Assembly: GCA_946497955.1 (NCBI GenBank)
Contig: CAMMMH010000002.1
Coordinates: 22,496-86,495, forward strand
Reading direction: 5' to 3'
Length of the DNA: 64,000 bases
From: an uncultured Mycoplasmatota bacterium
Lineage (GTDB): Bacteria > Bacillota_I > Bacilli_A > RF39 > UBA660
This document shows positions 1-9,110 of the stretch, in pieces. Numbering within the stretch: the first letter of the stretch is position 1; every line of letters begins with the position of its first letter. The translations under genes and the position numbers were made by a program. Below the pieces are notes generated by a model. It saw only the letters and a program-made list of their open reading frames with translations. It had not been told where the DNA came from and ran no database searches.

Positions 1-2
1 GT

Positions 3-479
3 TTATATAATTATCTAATAGATTTTAATGATAAATATGATCATTTAAATAATAAAGATAGATTAATAGTTTTGCCATCTTATTGTATAAATAATGGATA
101 TGAAGCTACTAAATATAGAAATAATTTTATTAATTTAGGTTTTGAAGGTTTAATCTTGAGAAATCCTGATGCTGAATATCAATATGGAAAACGTAATTTA
201 TCTATGATTAAATATAAAAAATCTACTGATGGAAAATTTACTATTATAGATATATATCCAGAAGGAATAAAGCGTTCTAATATACCATTATTTTTATGTA
301 AAAATGATATTAATGATTCTACATTTGAATGTCATGTTGGAGGATCTCATGCTTATCAAGAATCTATATTACAAAATAAACAAAATTATATTGGAAAACA
401 AATGTATGTTGAATATGGAGAAAGAAGTGGTGTAAATCAATTACCTTTTCATATAAAAACTACATATATTATTAATTAA
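3..479 (+). CDS. ATP-dependent DNA ligase, C-terminal portion (gene starts upstream of the window)
   Basis: The frame is open from nt 3; the track start at 72 is an internal TTG. FEGLILRNPDAEYQYGKRNLSMIKYKK fits nucleotidyltransferase motifs IV (EGLIL) and V (KxK) of T7-type ATP-dependent ligases. An OB-fold-sized C-terminus follows. Confidence 0.7.
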   Translation, partial: LYNYLIDFNDKYDHLNNKDRLIVLPSYCINNGYEATKYRNNFINLGFEGLILRNPDAEYQYGKRNLSMIKYKKSTDGKFTIIDIYPEGIKRSNIPLFLCKNDINDSTFECHVGGSHAYQESILQNKQNYIGKQMYVEYGERSGVNQLPFHIKTTYIIN

Positions 480-480
480 T

Positions 481-834
481 ATGCCTATATTTAAATATGA
501 AGTTTTAAATCCTGTTATTAATAATAAAAAACCTTTTTATGATTTTAAAAGAAAATTATTATTTTTTCCAGTAAAAGGAGTATCATATAGATATTATGTA
601 GAAGTTGCTAGAAATAATAATAAAACTGGAAATAGAGAATATTTTATTCTTTTAAGTCATAATAAATTTGATGAAAATTGTAGAATATGTCATATTGATA
701 TTTATGGTAGATGTCAAATTAGAATACAAGGAGAATTAAAAGAATATATTATAAGAGAATCTTCTTATAGAGGAAATATTAATATCGAATATGTCGAAAG
801 TACTGAAGATTATGATGTATTTATTGTTGAGTAG
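481..834 (+). CDS. hypothetical protein (117 aa)
   Basis: ATG lies 2 nt after the preceding stop, in the same strand block, and a 14-bp hairpin follows. No recognisable motif. Confidence 0.55.
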   Translation: MPIFKYEVLNPVINNKKPFYDFKRKLLFFPVKGVSYRYYVEVARNNNKTGNREYFILLSHNKFDENCRICHIDIYGRCQIRIQGELKEYIIRESSYRGNINIEYVESTEDYDVFIVE

Positions 835-840
835 TATGTT

Positions 841-879
841 ATTGTGTATGGAATTTATTATAGTCATTCCATACACAAT
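841..879 (+). terminator. perfect 14-bp hairpin after ORF 481-834 (terminator or regulatory stem-loop)
   Basis: ATTGTGTATGGAAT (841-854) pairs with ATTCCATACACAAT (866-879) around an 11-nt loop. There is no clear U-tract. Confidence 0.4.
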
Positions 880-920
880 ACTTTGTACTATGTTCAAATT
901 ATTCAAAAATCGCTCTAAAT

Positions 921-934
921 AGCTATTTTTAGCT
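921..934. promoter_or_regulatory. AGCTAWWWWTAGCT palindrome (AGCTATTTTTAGCT)
   Basis: Exact copy, intergenic. It is part of a ~25-nt block ATAGCTATTTTTAGCTTTATATTAA shared with the sites at 39571 and 57322. Confidence 0.6.
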
Positions 935-987
935 TTATATTAAATTCAATACTGTTAAGTGATTAATTATATATCTTAAATTTTAAT

Positions 988-1001
988 AGCTAAAAATAGC
1001 T
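988..1001. promoter_or_regulatory. AGCTAWWWWTAGCT palindrome (AGCTAAAAATAGCT)
   Basis: Exact copy, intergenic, 67 nt from the site at 921. Confidence 0.6.
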
Positions 1002-1044
1002 TATAAAAAATCGAAAATAATTAATATTTTTCAGAAAAAAATTA

Positions 1045-1052
1045 TATATTTG
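1045..1052 (+). promoter_or_regulatory. Bacteroidota-type -7 promoter box (TAnnTTTG)
   Basis: TATATTTG lies 26 nt upstream of the ATG at 1078. Confidence 0.4.
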
Positions 1053-1077
1053 TAGTGTAATTTAATTATATAAATAT

Positions 1078-1320
1078 ATGGATATAAATCAAATTTATCG
1101 TGATATTGAATCTATACAAGATGATGTAGATAAATGTATTAAATATAATGCAATTATTAATCATCTAGAAGCAGTAAAAAGAAGTATAGGTTTTGAAAGT
1201 ACTAATATACAATGGATTAATGATATAAATAATATTGTTAAAGAAGAAACTATTAATCAAATAGATTTAATAATAGAGAATTGTAGAAAATTTATAAAAT
1301 TATTAGTAAATAAAAAATAA
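1078..1320 (+). CDS. hypothetical protein (80 aa)
   Basis: ORF begins 26 nt after a TATATTTG (TAnnTTTG) box and is tightly followed by the next gene. Confidence 0.5.
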   Translation: MDINQIYRDIESIQDDVDKCIKYNAIINHLEAVKRSIGFESTNIQWINDINNIVKEETINQIDLIIENCRKFIKLLVNKK

Positions 1321-1326
1321 TATATT

Positions 1327-2079
1327 ATGAAAAATTATATAATTGGTATTGCAGGACAAAAAAATTCTGGTAAAGATACTTTAGCTAGTATGATTAATTA
1401 TATATTTTCTGCTGGAATTACTAGAGCTAATTATTCTGATTGGATTACTAAACGTATAACTTATGACAATAAATACCAAAATAGAATAGTACATTTTGCC
1501 GATTCTTGTAAAGATGCTTTATCTATTATATTTAGTATTCCTAGAGTATTATTTGATGATAGAAAATATAAAGACGATTTATGGTATTGTTTTACTAGTG
1601 GAAACTTTGTAGAAGATAATATTATAAATAGAGTTAACGATACTCATATTAATATAACTATTGATATGTTAAAAAATAATAGTTTATCTGATATTATAAA
1701 AAATAATATAGGTAAATTTATATATATAAAAATTCGTACTCTTATGCAATATTTTGGTACAAATATATGTCGTAATTATATTTGTGATTATATTTGGATT
1801 AGATCTACTATAAATAAAGCTGTAGATATTGCATGTATTAAAAGAATATGTATTATACCAGATGTTAGATTTGAAAATGAATGTAATGCAATAAGAAATA
1901 ATGTTAATGATTTATATGGTTGTGTAATTAAAATAATTAGAAATAAAGAAGAAAATATTACTCATTCTAGCGAAAATATAAATTTTTCTACAGAATTTAC
2001 AATTTATAATAATGAATCTCTAATGTCTTTATTTTATAAAGCATTAAATATAGTTGAATCAATAAAAAAGAATAAATAA
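1327..2079 (+). CDS. P-loop NTPase, deoxynucleoside-monophosphate-kinase-like
   Basis: N-terminal Walker A GIAGQKNSGKDT is typical of phage dNMP kinases. It sits directly upstream of thyX, with ATGA stop/start overlap. Confidence 0.55.
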   Translation: MKNYIIGIAGQKNSGKDTLASMINYIFSAGITRANYSDWITKRITYDNKYQNRIVHFADSCKDALSIIFSIPRVLFDDRKYKDDLWYCFTSGNFVEDNIINRVNDTHINITIDMLKNNSLSDIIKNNIGKFIYIKIRTLMQYFGTNICRNYICDYIWIRSTINKAVDIACIKRICIIPDVRFENECNAIRNNVNDLYGCVIKIIRNKEENITHSSENINFSTEFTIYNNESLMSLFYKALNIVESIKKNK

Positions 2080-2981
2080 TGAAAATAATTGAGCCGTTTG
2101 TTGAATTTATTCCTCAAAAAGATGCTAAACATCATGTAGCAACTTGTGCTAGAATATGTTATGGAAAAGAAACTGGAAAAGATGATGTTACTATTAATAC
2201 TCTTATTAATAAACATCATTTTAGTATGTTTAGGCATGAAAGTGTATATGCTATTGGTAAATATAATAATGTTTTAAGAGAAATATTATTTGAATTTAAT
2301 AAATGTCATTATATAGATTATGTAATTACTGAAAAATCAGATAATGGAAAAATATATATTTCTACTAATGGTAATTTTATTATTGATTTAAATCATTTAT
2401 CTGAATGGAACTTTAAATATAAAGTTTTATTAAAATATATAGATAATAATAAAGTAGAACCTGAAGAATTTATAAATACTGAAATAGGATTTAATTTAGC
2501 AAGATATACTTTTAAAGTTACTACTCAAATAAGTACTTCTAGAGAATTTAATAGAGTAAGTCCTAATAATATTGCAGAAAGAAGTACAAGATATGTTTAT
2601 GAAGATGGAAGTATTTGTAGACCACATTGGTTAAAAGGTTATTTTATTTATAAAGATACTAATAGAAAATATATTATATATAAAGATAATAAATTAGATG
2701 AAGATGTTAATCATAAAGTATATAGATTTATAAAATCTTGTGATAATAGTTTTGAAAATTATAAATATCTTGTAGAAGCTGGATTGCATAGACAAGATGC
2801 TAGAGGAGTTCTTCCATTAGATACAGCTACTATTTGTATTTATACTTATTCTATTAAAGAATGGAGACATATTCTTGATTTAAGATATTATGGAACTACT
2901 GGAGAACCTCAACCTAATGCCAAAATTATTGCGAGTATGATTAGAAATGAATTAATATATTTAGGATATGACTTTAGATGA
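2079..2981 (+). CDS. thyX: flavin-dependent thymidylate synthase ThyX
   Basis: HHFSMFRHES, the ThyX-type R-x7-10-S-x-RY signature (REFNRVSPNNIAERSTRY) and RQDARGVLP match conserved ThyX blocks as I remember them. Confidence 0.8.
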   Translation: MKIIEPFVEFIPQKDAKHHVATCARICYGKETGKDDVTINTLINKHHFSMFRHESVYAIGKYNNVLREILFEFNKCHYIDYVITEKSDNGKIYISTNGNFIIDLNHLSEWNFKYKVLLKYIDNNKVEPEEFINTEIGFNLARYTFKVTTQISTSREFNRVSPNNIAERSTRYVYEDGSICRPHWLKGYFIYKDTNRKYIIYKDNKLDEDVNHKVYRFIKSCDNSFENYKYLVEAGLHRQDARGVLPLDTATICIYTYSIKEWRHILDLRYYGTTGEPQPNAKIIASMIRNELIYLGYDFR

Positions 2982-3255
2982 ATTTAGAAAACACCCTGCT
3001 TATAATTATTATATAACTACATTAGTATATAATAATTTATATGGTGATTTAATAAATGACTTTGGTTGTGATTGTATTTTTTATATAGAAACTGAAGAAG
3101 AGTATATATTAGAAATTATTAATGTTAATAATCTAGCTGATGAAGTTGAAGAAAGAATACAATTTTATCTTTCTTTAGAAAATTATGAAGATTTATATTA
3201 TGTTAGAAAAAATAATGAATTTTATTTTTATCTTAAAACATATAGTGATGATTGA
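2968..3255 (+). CDS. hypothetical acidic protein (95 aa)
   Basis: ORF overlaps the thyX end by 14 nt; compact same-strand packing. Confidence 0.5.
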   Translation: MTLDEFRKHPAYNYYITTLVYNNLYGDLINDFGCDCIFYIETEEEYILEIINVNNLADEVEERIQFYLSLENYEDLYYVRKNNEFYFYLKTYSDD

Positions 3256-3487
3256 TAAAGAATTTCATTATAGTAATTATGATGGAGAACATTATTTTAC
3301 AAATAATATTAAAGAAAATGAAAAATTTTATTATACTACTTATCTTATAAATGATAAAAATAGAAAAGAAATAAAATTAAAATTGACAAAAGGAAAAAAT
3401 AAATATAAAAGTTGTAATGAATGTCCTTTAGTTAGATATTATTGTGGTGGAATAGATTGTTGTTGTATAATTAATAAAATAATGTAG
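3248..3487 (+). CDS. hypothetical Cys-rich protein (79 aa)
   Basis: I prefer the ATG at 3248, which forms an ATGATTGA overlap with the upstream stop, over the track start at 3185. The C-terminus CNECP...YYCGGIDCCC is Cys-rich. Confidence 0.4.
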   Translation: MIDKEFHYSNYDGEHYFTNNIKENEKFYYTTYLINDKNRKEIKLKLTKGKNKYKSCNECPLVRYYCGGIDCCCIINKIM

Positions 3488-3491
3488 TTCT

Positions 3492-3668
3492 ATGTATATT
3501 TATATTTTAGATTTTTGTCAGAATAGTATTTATGAAATTAAATGTGATAATGCAAATGAAGATATTGAAATAGAAGAAATTTTTAAACAATATGGACTTA
3601 ATATTGATAACTGTAATTATATGATTTCTGAAGTTAAGTTAGAAATAGAACAAATAGAAAAAGTATAA
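3492..3668 (+). CDS. hypothetical small acidic protein (58 aa), absent from the supplied ORF track
   Basis: My translation is MYIYILDFCQNSIYEIKCDNANEDIEIEEIFKQYGLNIDNCNYMISEVKLEIEQIEKV. It starts 5 nt after the previous stop and ends 27 nt before the next ATG, filling an otherwise empty 208-nt gap. Confidence 0.4.
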   Translation: MYIYILDFCQNSIYEIKCDNANEDIEIEEIFKQYGLNIDNCNYMISEVKLEIEQIEKV

Positions 3669-3695
3669 AAATAATAAATTTAAAATTATAAAGAT

Positions 3696-3956
3696 ATGAG
3701 AAAGAAATTATTAATTTGTGATTGTGGAAAAAGTGACCATCAAATTATTGTAAGTGCATATATAGAAAATAATAATGAGCCTTGGGTTCTTTGTGAAATT
3801 CATTTATCTAGTCAGAGAAATATATTTAAAAGAATTTTATATGCTATTAAATATATTTTTGGATATAAAAATAGTACAGGTTGTTTTGAAGAATTTGTAT
3901 TATCTAAAAAACATGTAAATGATTTAAAAGCTATTATTAAATATTTAAATAAATAA
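3696..3956 (+). CDS. hypothetical protein (86 aa)
   Basis: ORF in the compact + strand block; N-terminal CDCGKSDH motif. Confidence 0.5.
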   Translation: MRKKLLICDCGKSDHQIIVSAYIENNNEPWVLCEIHLSSQRNIFKRILYAIKYIFGYKNSTGCFEEFVLSKKHVNDLKAIIKYLNK

Positions 3957-3959
3957 ATT

Positions 3960-4721
3960 ATGGCAAGTTTATATAGTATTTCGGAAGATATTCTTCGTAT
4001 TTTTGATGAAGTTGAAAATGCGGAAGGAGAAATCACAGATGAACAATATGATAAGCTATGTATAAAACAAGAAGAACTTAATACAAAATTAGAATCTTAT
4101 GTGAAAGCTGTTAAAGAATTTCAAGCAGATGCTGAATTTTGTAAAAAAGAAAAACAATCTATTAATATAAAGCAAAATGTATATAAAAACCGTGTTGAAC
4201 GATTGAAAAAAGCGATGCTTAATGCGGTAATGCAATTTGGTAATGATGGTAAAAATAATAAATATATTGAGTTACCAACTGTAAGAATATTTACTAAAAC
4301 TAGTAAATTAATTCAAAAAGATGAAAATAGAATTAGTATATTTATAAGAGAATTTACTCGTTATATCAATGAATTAGTTTCTCAAGGAATATTATATACT
4401 GGAGAAGATGTTGATTTACAAGGAATATTAAATTGTATAAATGCTAATTGTATAGCTGAAAATGGAGATTCTTTTGTTCCTTTTACTATTTCAGATTTAA
4501 CATCTATGAAATTAGCTATAACTACTACTAGTACAGTATATGATTTATTTAAAGAACACCCACATGCACTTGTTAGTATAGCTGATCTTTTTGATACAAA
4601 TGTAGAAGAAGTTACATCAAATAGTGATTTAGATAAAAGTATTCAATCTTGTATTAATAATAATATACCTCTTCCTACTATTGCAAGTGTTGAATATAAT
4701 AATTCAATTCAATTTAGATAA
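3960..4721 (+). CDS. hypothetical protein, possibly Gp157-like (Sipho_Gp157 family)
   Basis: The N-terminal helical pattern SEDILRIFDEVENAEGEITDEQYDKL...ELNTKLESYVKAVKEFQADAEFCKKE resembles Gp157-family proteins from memory. Not verified. Confidence 0.35.
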   Translation: MASLYSISEDILRIFDEVENAEGEITDEQYDKLCIKQEELNTKLESYVKAVKEFQADAEFCKKEKQSINIKQNVYKNRVERLKKAMLNAVMQFGNDGKNNKYIELPTVRIFTKTSKLIQKDENRISIFIREFTRYINELVSQGILYTGEDVDLQGILNCINANCIAENGDSFVPFTISDLTSMKLAITTTSTVYDLFKEHPHALVSIADLFDTNVEEVTSNSDLDKSIQSCINNNIPLPTIASVEYNNSIQFR

Positions 4722-4724
4722 TAT

Positions 4725-5450
4725 ATGGATATAGAATTTTTTAATATAACAGATAAAGATAAATCTTTAGCAATATTATTAAAAACAGAAGCAAATATAG
4801 TTTTACAAAAATATATTAATGATAAAAAAAGATTTATAGCAAATAAAATTAAATTTGAATATGTTTTAAAAGTTATTGAAACTATTAATTCTATAGATCC
4901 TAATGAAGAAATTATTAATTTTATATTAAATACTTTAAATACTCTATGGAATATTGGAATATTATCTCCTCTTACACTTAATGAAGATGAATTTATTTCT
5001 GAAAAGAGTAGATATGGTAGAGATAATAAAAGATATTCTTATATATATTTAAATGATTTTAATGAAATATGTAATAGAAATGCTTTTAATGTAATTGTTA
5101 AGAAACAATATGATCATCAAGCTAATAGTGAAATTATTTGTCCTTATACAGTTATAAAAGGAAATACTAGAATATACATTAATAAAGGTGGTTTCCTTAC
5201 AGGGGATTATATAGAGTCTTGTAAAATAAGACAAGATATAATTGATAGACATTGTTTTACTATTCAAAGTGTTGTTAATATTCCTTGTTCATATATAATT
5301 GATGAAGAAGAATTGATTTTAACTGTTGATCATAGAGAACCTAAATTAAAAGCTCTTAAGGAATTTTATGATGTTCCTATTAAATTCGATCAAACTATAA
5401 AAGATAGAAAATACGATATTAGAAATTATAAAAAACTTAATAAACAATGA
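4725..5450 (+). CDS. hypothetical protein (241 aa)
   Basis: Long ORF, compact packing, 4-nt overlap with the next gene. Confidence 0.6.
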   Translation: MDIEFFNITDKDKSLAILLKTEANIVLQKYINDKKRFIANKIKFEYVLKVIETINSIDPNEEIINFILNTLNTLWNIGILSPLTLNEDEFISEKSRYGRDNKRYSYIYLNDFNEICNRNAFNVIVKKQYDHQANSEIICPYTVIKGNTRIYINKGGFLTGDYIESCKIRQDIIDRHCFTIQSVVNIPCSYIIDEEELILTVDHREPKLKALKEFYDVPIKFDQTIKDRKYDIRNYKKLNKQ

Positions 5451-6484
5451 GTAAATATTTAGTTAAAGGTGCTCCTTTTAGATATAAAGGTGCAGTAAAT
5501 GTAGAAGATTGTGTTACATCTGAAGAAGTTATTCAACGGTCTGGTTTAAACTGGACTGTTGAAAAATGTAATATATATGCAGAAATGACTGCTATTGAAA
5601 ATAATACTGTAAAAAATAAAGATTCTTTTAATTTAGGATTTAGAGATTATGCTCCAATTGATAATGTTTTTGGTATATATAGAACTGATTATAATATTCC
5701 TCTTGGTATAGTTAAAGGTAGATATACGCCTGTACAAAATATTGATGCTTTTAAATTTTTTGATAAAGCTATTGGAAAAGATAAAGCTATTTGGCAAACA
5801 GCTGGATATTTTGGAAATGGAGAAAGAATATTTGTTAGTGCTAAATTACCTAAAAATATATTAGTGCATGGAGATCCTGTTGAAAATTATTTAGTATTTA
5901 CTACTTCTCATGATGGAACTAGTGGTGTTAGAATATTATTTACACCTATTAGAGTTATTTGTCAAAATACTTTAAATGCTGCTATTAAAAGTAGTACAAA
6001 TTATGTATCATTTAGACATACTCAATCAGTTCATAAAAATATTAGTATTGCAGATGAAATTTTAGGAATATGTAATTATCAAATTGATAATTTGAATATT
6101 ATTTATAATGAGTTATATAAAGATAAATGTACTGATAAAGAAGCCCAAAGTATATTTGCTGATATTATATTAAGTGAAGAAGAAAAGAATAATATTAAAA
6201 ATACAGGACATACTATTGAACAAATTATTTCTAGAAATTGGATAGCTATCGAAGATTCTAAAATTAGTATGAAAAAAGTTAATGTTCTTTCTGAAATGAA
6301 TAATTATTATTTTGACGGTATAGGTCAAAAAGAATATGTTGGCACTAAATGGGGAGTATATAATGCTGTGTCTGGATATTATTCTAATGTTGATAATGTT
6401 GAAGGAATTAAAAGAATGGACACTTTATTGTTTGGAAGTAAATCTAAAAAGATAGAAACTGCTGGTAAATTATTAACAATATGA
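5447..6484 (+). CDS. DUF932-family (phage/plasmid-like) protein
   Basis: FTTSHDGTSGVRILFTPIRVICQNTL matches the characteristic SHDGS...R..C.N block of DUF932 proteins. Confidence 0.7.
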   Translation: MSKYLVKGAPFRYKGAVNVEDCVTSEEVIQRSGLNWTVEKCNIYAEMTAIENNTVKNKDSFNLGFRDYAPIDNVFGIYRTDYNIPLGIVKGRYTPVQNIDAFKFFDKAIGKDKAIWQTAGYFGNGERIFVSAKLPKNILVHGDPVENYLVFTTSHDGTSGVRILFTPIRVICQNTLNAAIKSSTNYVSFRHTQSVHKNISIADEILGICNYQIDNLNIIYNELYKDKCTDKEAQSIFADIILSEEEKNNIKNTGHTIEQIISRNWIAIEDSKISMKKVNVLSEMNNYYFDGIGQKEYVGTKWGVYNAVSGYYSNVDNVEGIKRMDTLLFGSKSKKIETAGKLLTI

Positions 6485-6816
6485 AAATAATTTATAATAA
6501 TATTATTCCTTTTAAAGGATTTTCGTGTATTAATATATGTGGAATATTATTTGTTAGAAAAAATATAATTGTTACTGATATATTATTAAATCATGAAAAT
6601 ATTCATACTGCTCAAATGAAAGAATTATGGTATATATTATTTTATATTATTTATTTATTTGAATGGATTATTAAACTTATATATTATAGAAATTTTAAAT
6701 TAGCATATAGAGCAATTAGTTTTGAAAGAGAAGCATACCTATTTGAAAAAGACTATTACTATTTAAAATTTTATAGACTTAAATTTGCTAGTTTTAAATA
6801 TTTATTTTTAAAATAA
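6481..6816 (+). CDS. small hydrophobic protein with HExxH motif (putative minimal zinc metallopeptidase)
   Basis: HENIH at nt 6592-6606 (aa 38-42) is followed by a hydrophobic stretch WYILFYIIYLFEWIIKLIYY and FEREAY. Confidence 0.4.
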   Translation: MKIIYNNIIPFKGFSCINICGILFVRKNIIVTDILLNHENIHTAQMKELWYILFYIIYLFEWIIKLIYYRNFKLAYRAISFEREAYLFEKDYYYLKFYRLKFASFKYLFLK

Positions 6817-6838
6817 TATTATAAATAATTTTTTTATT

Positions 6839-7435
6839 ATGTTTATACAACCTTGTTTTATAAGAAAAAATACAAAAGAATTAAAAGATAGATTAGAAAA
6901 ATTAGGATATAAAATTTGTAAATGTTGTGAACTTGAAGATGCTATTTGGTTAAATAATTATACACCAACAAGTTCGATACATGGTACAGGTTATAGTAAT
7001 GAAGAAATTGGTATTTCTGCAAAAGAATCGTTAAATTTATTTTTAGAAGAAAATAGTAATTATATTGATTGTGGTACTAATGAGGACTTATTTCTTGCTA
7101 TAGCTGCATTAAGAGATGATACTGATAAAAATCAATATTTTAAACATAATAGTAAAAATCATTTTTATAAATGTGATATGGATAGTTTTAAAGATTATTT
7201 TGATGATTGTAATAAAGAATTAAATGACCATATTGAAGATTATCATAAAGCAACTGTTGATGAACTAAAAGAATTATTAAATAATAAGAAAATCTATTGT
7301 AGTAAATGTGGAGGAACTAATATATTAAAAGAAGCATGGGTTGATGCTAATACTTTAATATATGTTAATGATACATATAGTGATAGATATTATTGCGAAG
7401 ATTGTATGGAAGAAGTTAATGTAATAATAAAATAA
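6839..7435 (+). CDS. hypothetical protein with C-terminal CxxC...CxxC zinc-ribbon-like motif
   Basis: CSKCGG...CEDC near the C-terminus; ORF in the compact block. Confidence 0.55.
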   Translation: MFIQPCFIRKNTKELKDRLEKLGYKICKCCELEDAIWLNNYTPTSSIHGTGYSNEEIGISAKESLNLFLEENSNYIDCGTNEDLFLAIAALRDDTDKNQYFKHNSKNHFYKCDMDSFKDYFDDCNKELNDHIEDYHKATVDELKELLNNKKIYCSKCGGTNILKEAWVDANTLIYVNDTYSDRYYCEDCMEEVNVIIK

Positions 7436-7438
7436 ATT

Positions 7439-7804
7439 ATGTTTTATAAAGAAGATTATATTAGTCTTGATACAGCTAAATTATTAAAAGAAAAAGGATT
7501 TGATGAATATTGTAAATCTTTTTATAAAGAAAAAGAATGTACTAATAAAGAGACTTTTTATCCAAAAGTTACATTATATGAGGTTCAAAAATGGATTCAA
7601 AAAAAATATCAATGTCATATTCAAATAATTGCTGAATTTTATACTAATGGAATAAATTATCTTTTTCAAGTTCTATTTTATGATGAAAATGATTATGATT
7701 GTATATCTGATAAATCATCAGGATTATATGGAGATAATGGAGAATATAAAACTTATGAAGAATGTTTAGATGCTGCTATTAGAGAAGCACTTAAACGTAT
7801 ATAA
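7439..7804 (+). CDS. hypothetical protein (121 aa)
   Basis: ATG lies 4 nt after the previous stop. Confidence 0.55.
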   Translation: MFYKEDYISLDTAKLLKEKGFDEYCKSFYKEKECTNKETFYPKVTLYEVQKWIQKKYQCHIQIIAEFYTNGINYLFQVLFYDENDYDCISDKSSGLYGDNGEYKTYEECLDAAIREALKRI

Positions 7805-7832
7805 ATTTAATAATCATTTAATTAAACAAATT

Positions 7833-8375
7833 ATGAGTAAAATTTTAGATGTAGTTGCAGAAGCTATTGCTTCTGCTTCTATAAAAGAAATGTCGTTAGA
7901 AGAAGTAAGAGAAATTCTTAAACCTATTGATGAATGTCAAGTTAAAATTTATCGAGAAAGTGAAGATGTAAAACTTCCTACTTATGCTAAACAAGGAGAT
8001 GCTTGCATGGACGTTTATGTTCATAGTATTGAGCATAAAAGTGATTGCCGTACAGTTTATCATACAGGTCTTCATTTTAAACTTCCTGAAGATTATGAAA
8101 TGGAGATTCGTCCTAGAAGTTCTAATACTAAAACCACAGCTGTAATGCAAAATGCTCCTGGTACTTTAGATGAAGGATATACTGGAGAACTTTTAATTGT
8201 TCATAGGGATTTATATACACCAGATTCTATGATTAAAAGTTATGAAGTTGGTGATAGAGTTGCTCAAATTATTATTCGAAGAAGAGAAAAAATTATTTGG
8301 AAAGAAGTTAATTCTATTGAAGAATTAGGAGAAACTGAACGTGGAGCTGGAGGATTTGGTAGTACTGGAAAATAG
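7833..8375 (+). CDS. dut: dUTP diphosphatase (dUTPase)
   Basis: All five dUTPase motifs can be read: GDACMDVY, IRPRSS, GTLDEGYTGEL, GDRVAQIII, RGAGGFGSTGK. I prefer the ATG at 7833 (MSKILD...) to the track start at 7770, which overlaps the previous gene. Confidence 0.85.
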   Translation: MSKILDVVAEAIASASIKEMSLEEVREILKPIDECQVKIYRESEDVKLPTYAKQGDACMDVYVHSIEHKSDCRTVYHTGLHFKLPEDYEMEIRPRSSNTKTTAVMQNAPGTLDEGYTGELLIVHRDLYTPDSMIKSYEVGDRVAQIIIRRREKIIWKEVNSIEELGETERGAGGFGSTGK

Positions 8376-8523
8376 AATATATTAGAAAAATTATGACTAT
8401 TGAAGAATTTTATGATATGGACAATGTTACGGTATATGAATATGATAAAAGTGATATTATAGAATATGATGTTATAATTCAAATTAAATAATATTTAATT
8501 TTATCATAATTTATCACATTAAA

Positions 8524-8538
8524 TTCCCTGTAGAGGAG
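8524..8538 (+). repeat. GC-rich motif copy TTCCCTGTAGAGGAG (preceded by ATTAAA)
   Basis: The only intergenic copy, 38 nt upstream of the ATG at 8577. Confidence 0.8.
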
Positions 8539-8576
8539 AAACAATTTATTTATTAACCTTTTAAATTATTTTTGTT

Positions 8577-8990
8577 ATGAATATAGTTTTAATTATTTTA
8601 TGTGTAATTATAATAGTTTTAATTGCACTATTAATTAAATTTGTTTTGGAATATACTAAAGTTATTCAAGAACAAATTACCGCTTATAAAAAACAACTTG
8701 ATTCTAATACCGAATTAATATCTAAAGATATTGTTGATGTTTATAATTTAATTTCTGATAAAAAATTATCTTTAAATAACAAATTAATAGATATATTTAA
8801 TAAATTAGATAAAACTGATAATAATGTTACTGATATTCTTAAAATATCTGATAATGTTGAAAATAAACTTTATAATATTACTAATGATATTAAAACTGTT
8901 AATGATAAAATAGATAAACTTAAAACTAAGAAACAAGCTAAAAATAGCTCATCTAATAAATCAACGATAAATAAATCGAGTAAACAATAA
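8577..8990 (+). CDS. membrane-anchored coiled-coil protein (137 aa)
   Basis: N-terminal TM helix IVLIILCVIIIVLIALLIKFVL is followed by a heptad-like N/K/D-rich region. This is the last gene of the + strand block. Confidence 0.55.
   Translation: MNIVLIILCVIIIVLIALLIKFVLEYTKVIQEQITAYKKQLDSNTELISKDIVDVYNLISDKKLSLNNKLIDIFNKLDKTDNNVTDILKISDNVENKLYNITNDIKTVNDKIDKLKTKKQAKNSSSNKSTINKSSKQ
8936..8949. promoter_or_regulatory. AGCTAWWWWTAGCT palindrome (AGCTAAAAATAGCT)
   Basis: Exact copy within the last 55 nt of ORF 8577-8990, 68 nt from the site at 9004. Confidence 0.5.
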
Positions 8991-9003
8991 TTCGTTAAAT
9001 ATA

Positions 9004-9017
9004 AGCTAATAACAGCT
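9004..9017. promoter_or_regulatory. variant palindrome AGCTAATAACAGCT
   Basis: Intergenic, at the convergence point; both AGCT arms are retained. Confidence 0.45.
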
Positions 9018-9064
9018 TAAATAATTCGTATTTTGAAGATTATAATTATTGTTTATAAATAAAT

Positions 9065-9110
9065 ATGGCTCACGATTAAGAATAAAATCTTTTTCGTGAG
9101 CCATTTTTTT
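9065..9110. terminator. bidirectional intrinsic terminator at the convergence of the + and - gene blocks
   Basis: ATGGCTCACGA (9065-9075) pairs with TCGTGAGCCAT (9094-9104), with inner AAGA/TCTT pairing. A T7 run follows on the + strand and an AT/T-rich tract on the - strand. Confidence 0.75.

Noticed and set aside
5193-5206. TTCCTTACAGGGGA (- strand TCCCCTGTAAGGAA), a possible decayed copy of the GC-rich motif in the + strand module
   Set aside because: It needs an indel relative to the consensus and stands alone. It is mentioned in the finding but not listed as a feature.
2034-8482. - strand ORFs within the + strand module (2034-2237, 3812-4036, 5049-5267, 7896-8150, 8264-8482)
   Set aside because: Each is nested antisense in a + strand gene that has recognisable motifs or better packing, and the translations are low-complexity.
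8393-8491. 32-codon ORF (MTIEEFYDMDNVTVYEYDKSDIIEYDVIIQIK) in the spacer after dut
   Set aside because: It is too short and compositionally ordinary to support from sequence alone. It could be real, since it starts 18 nt after the dut stop.
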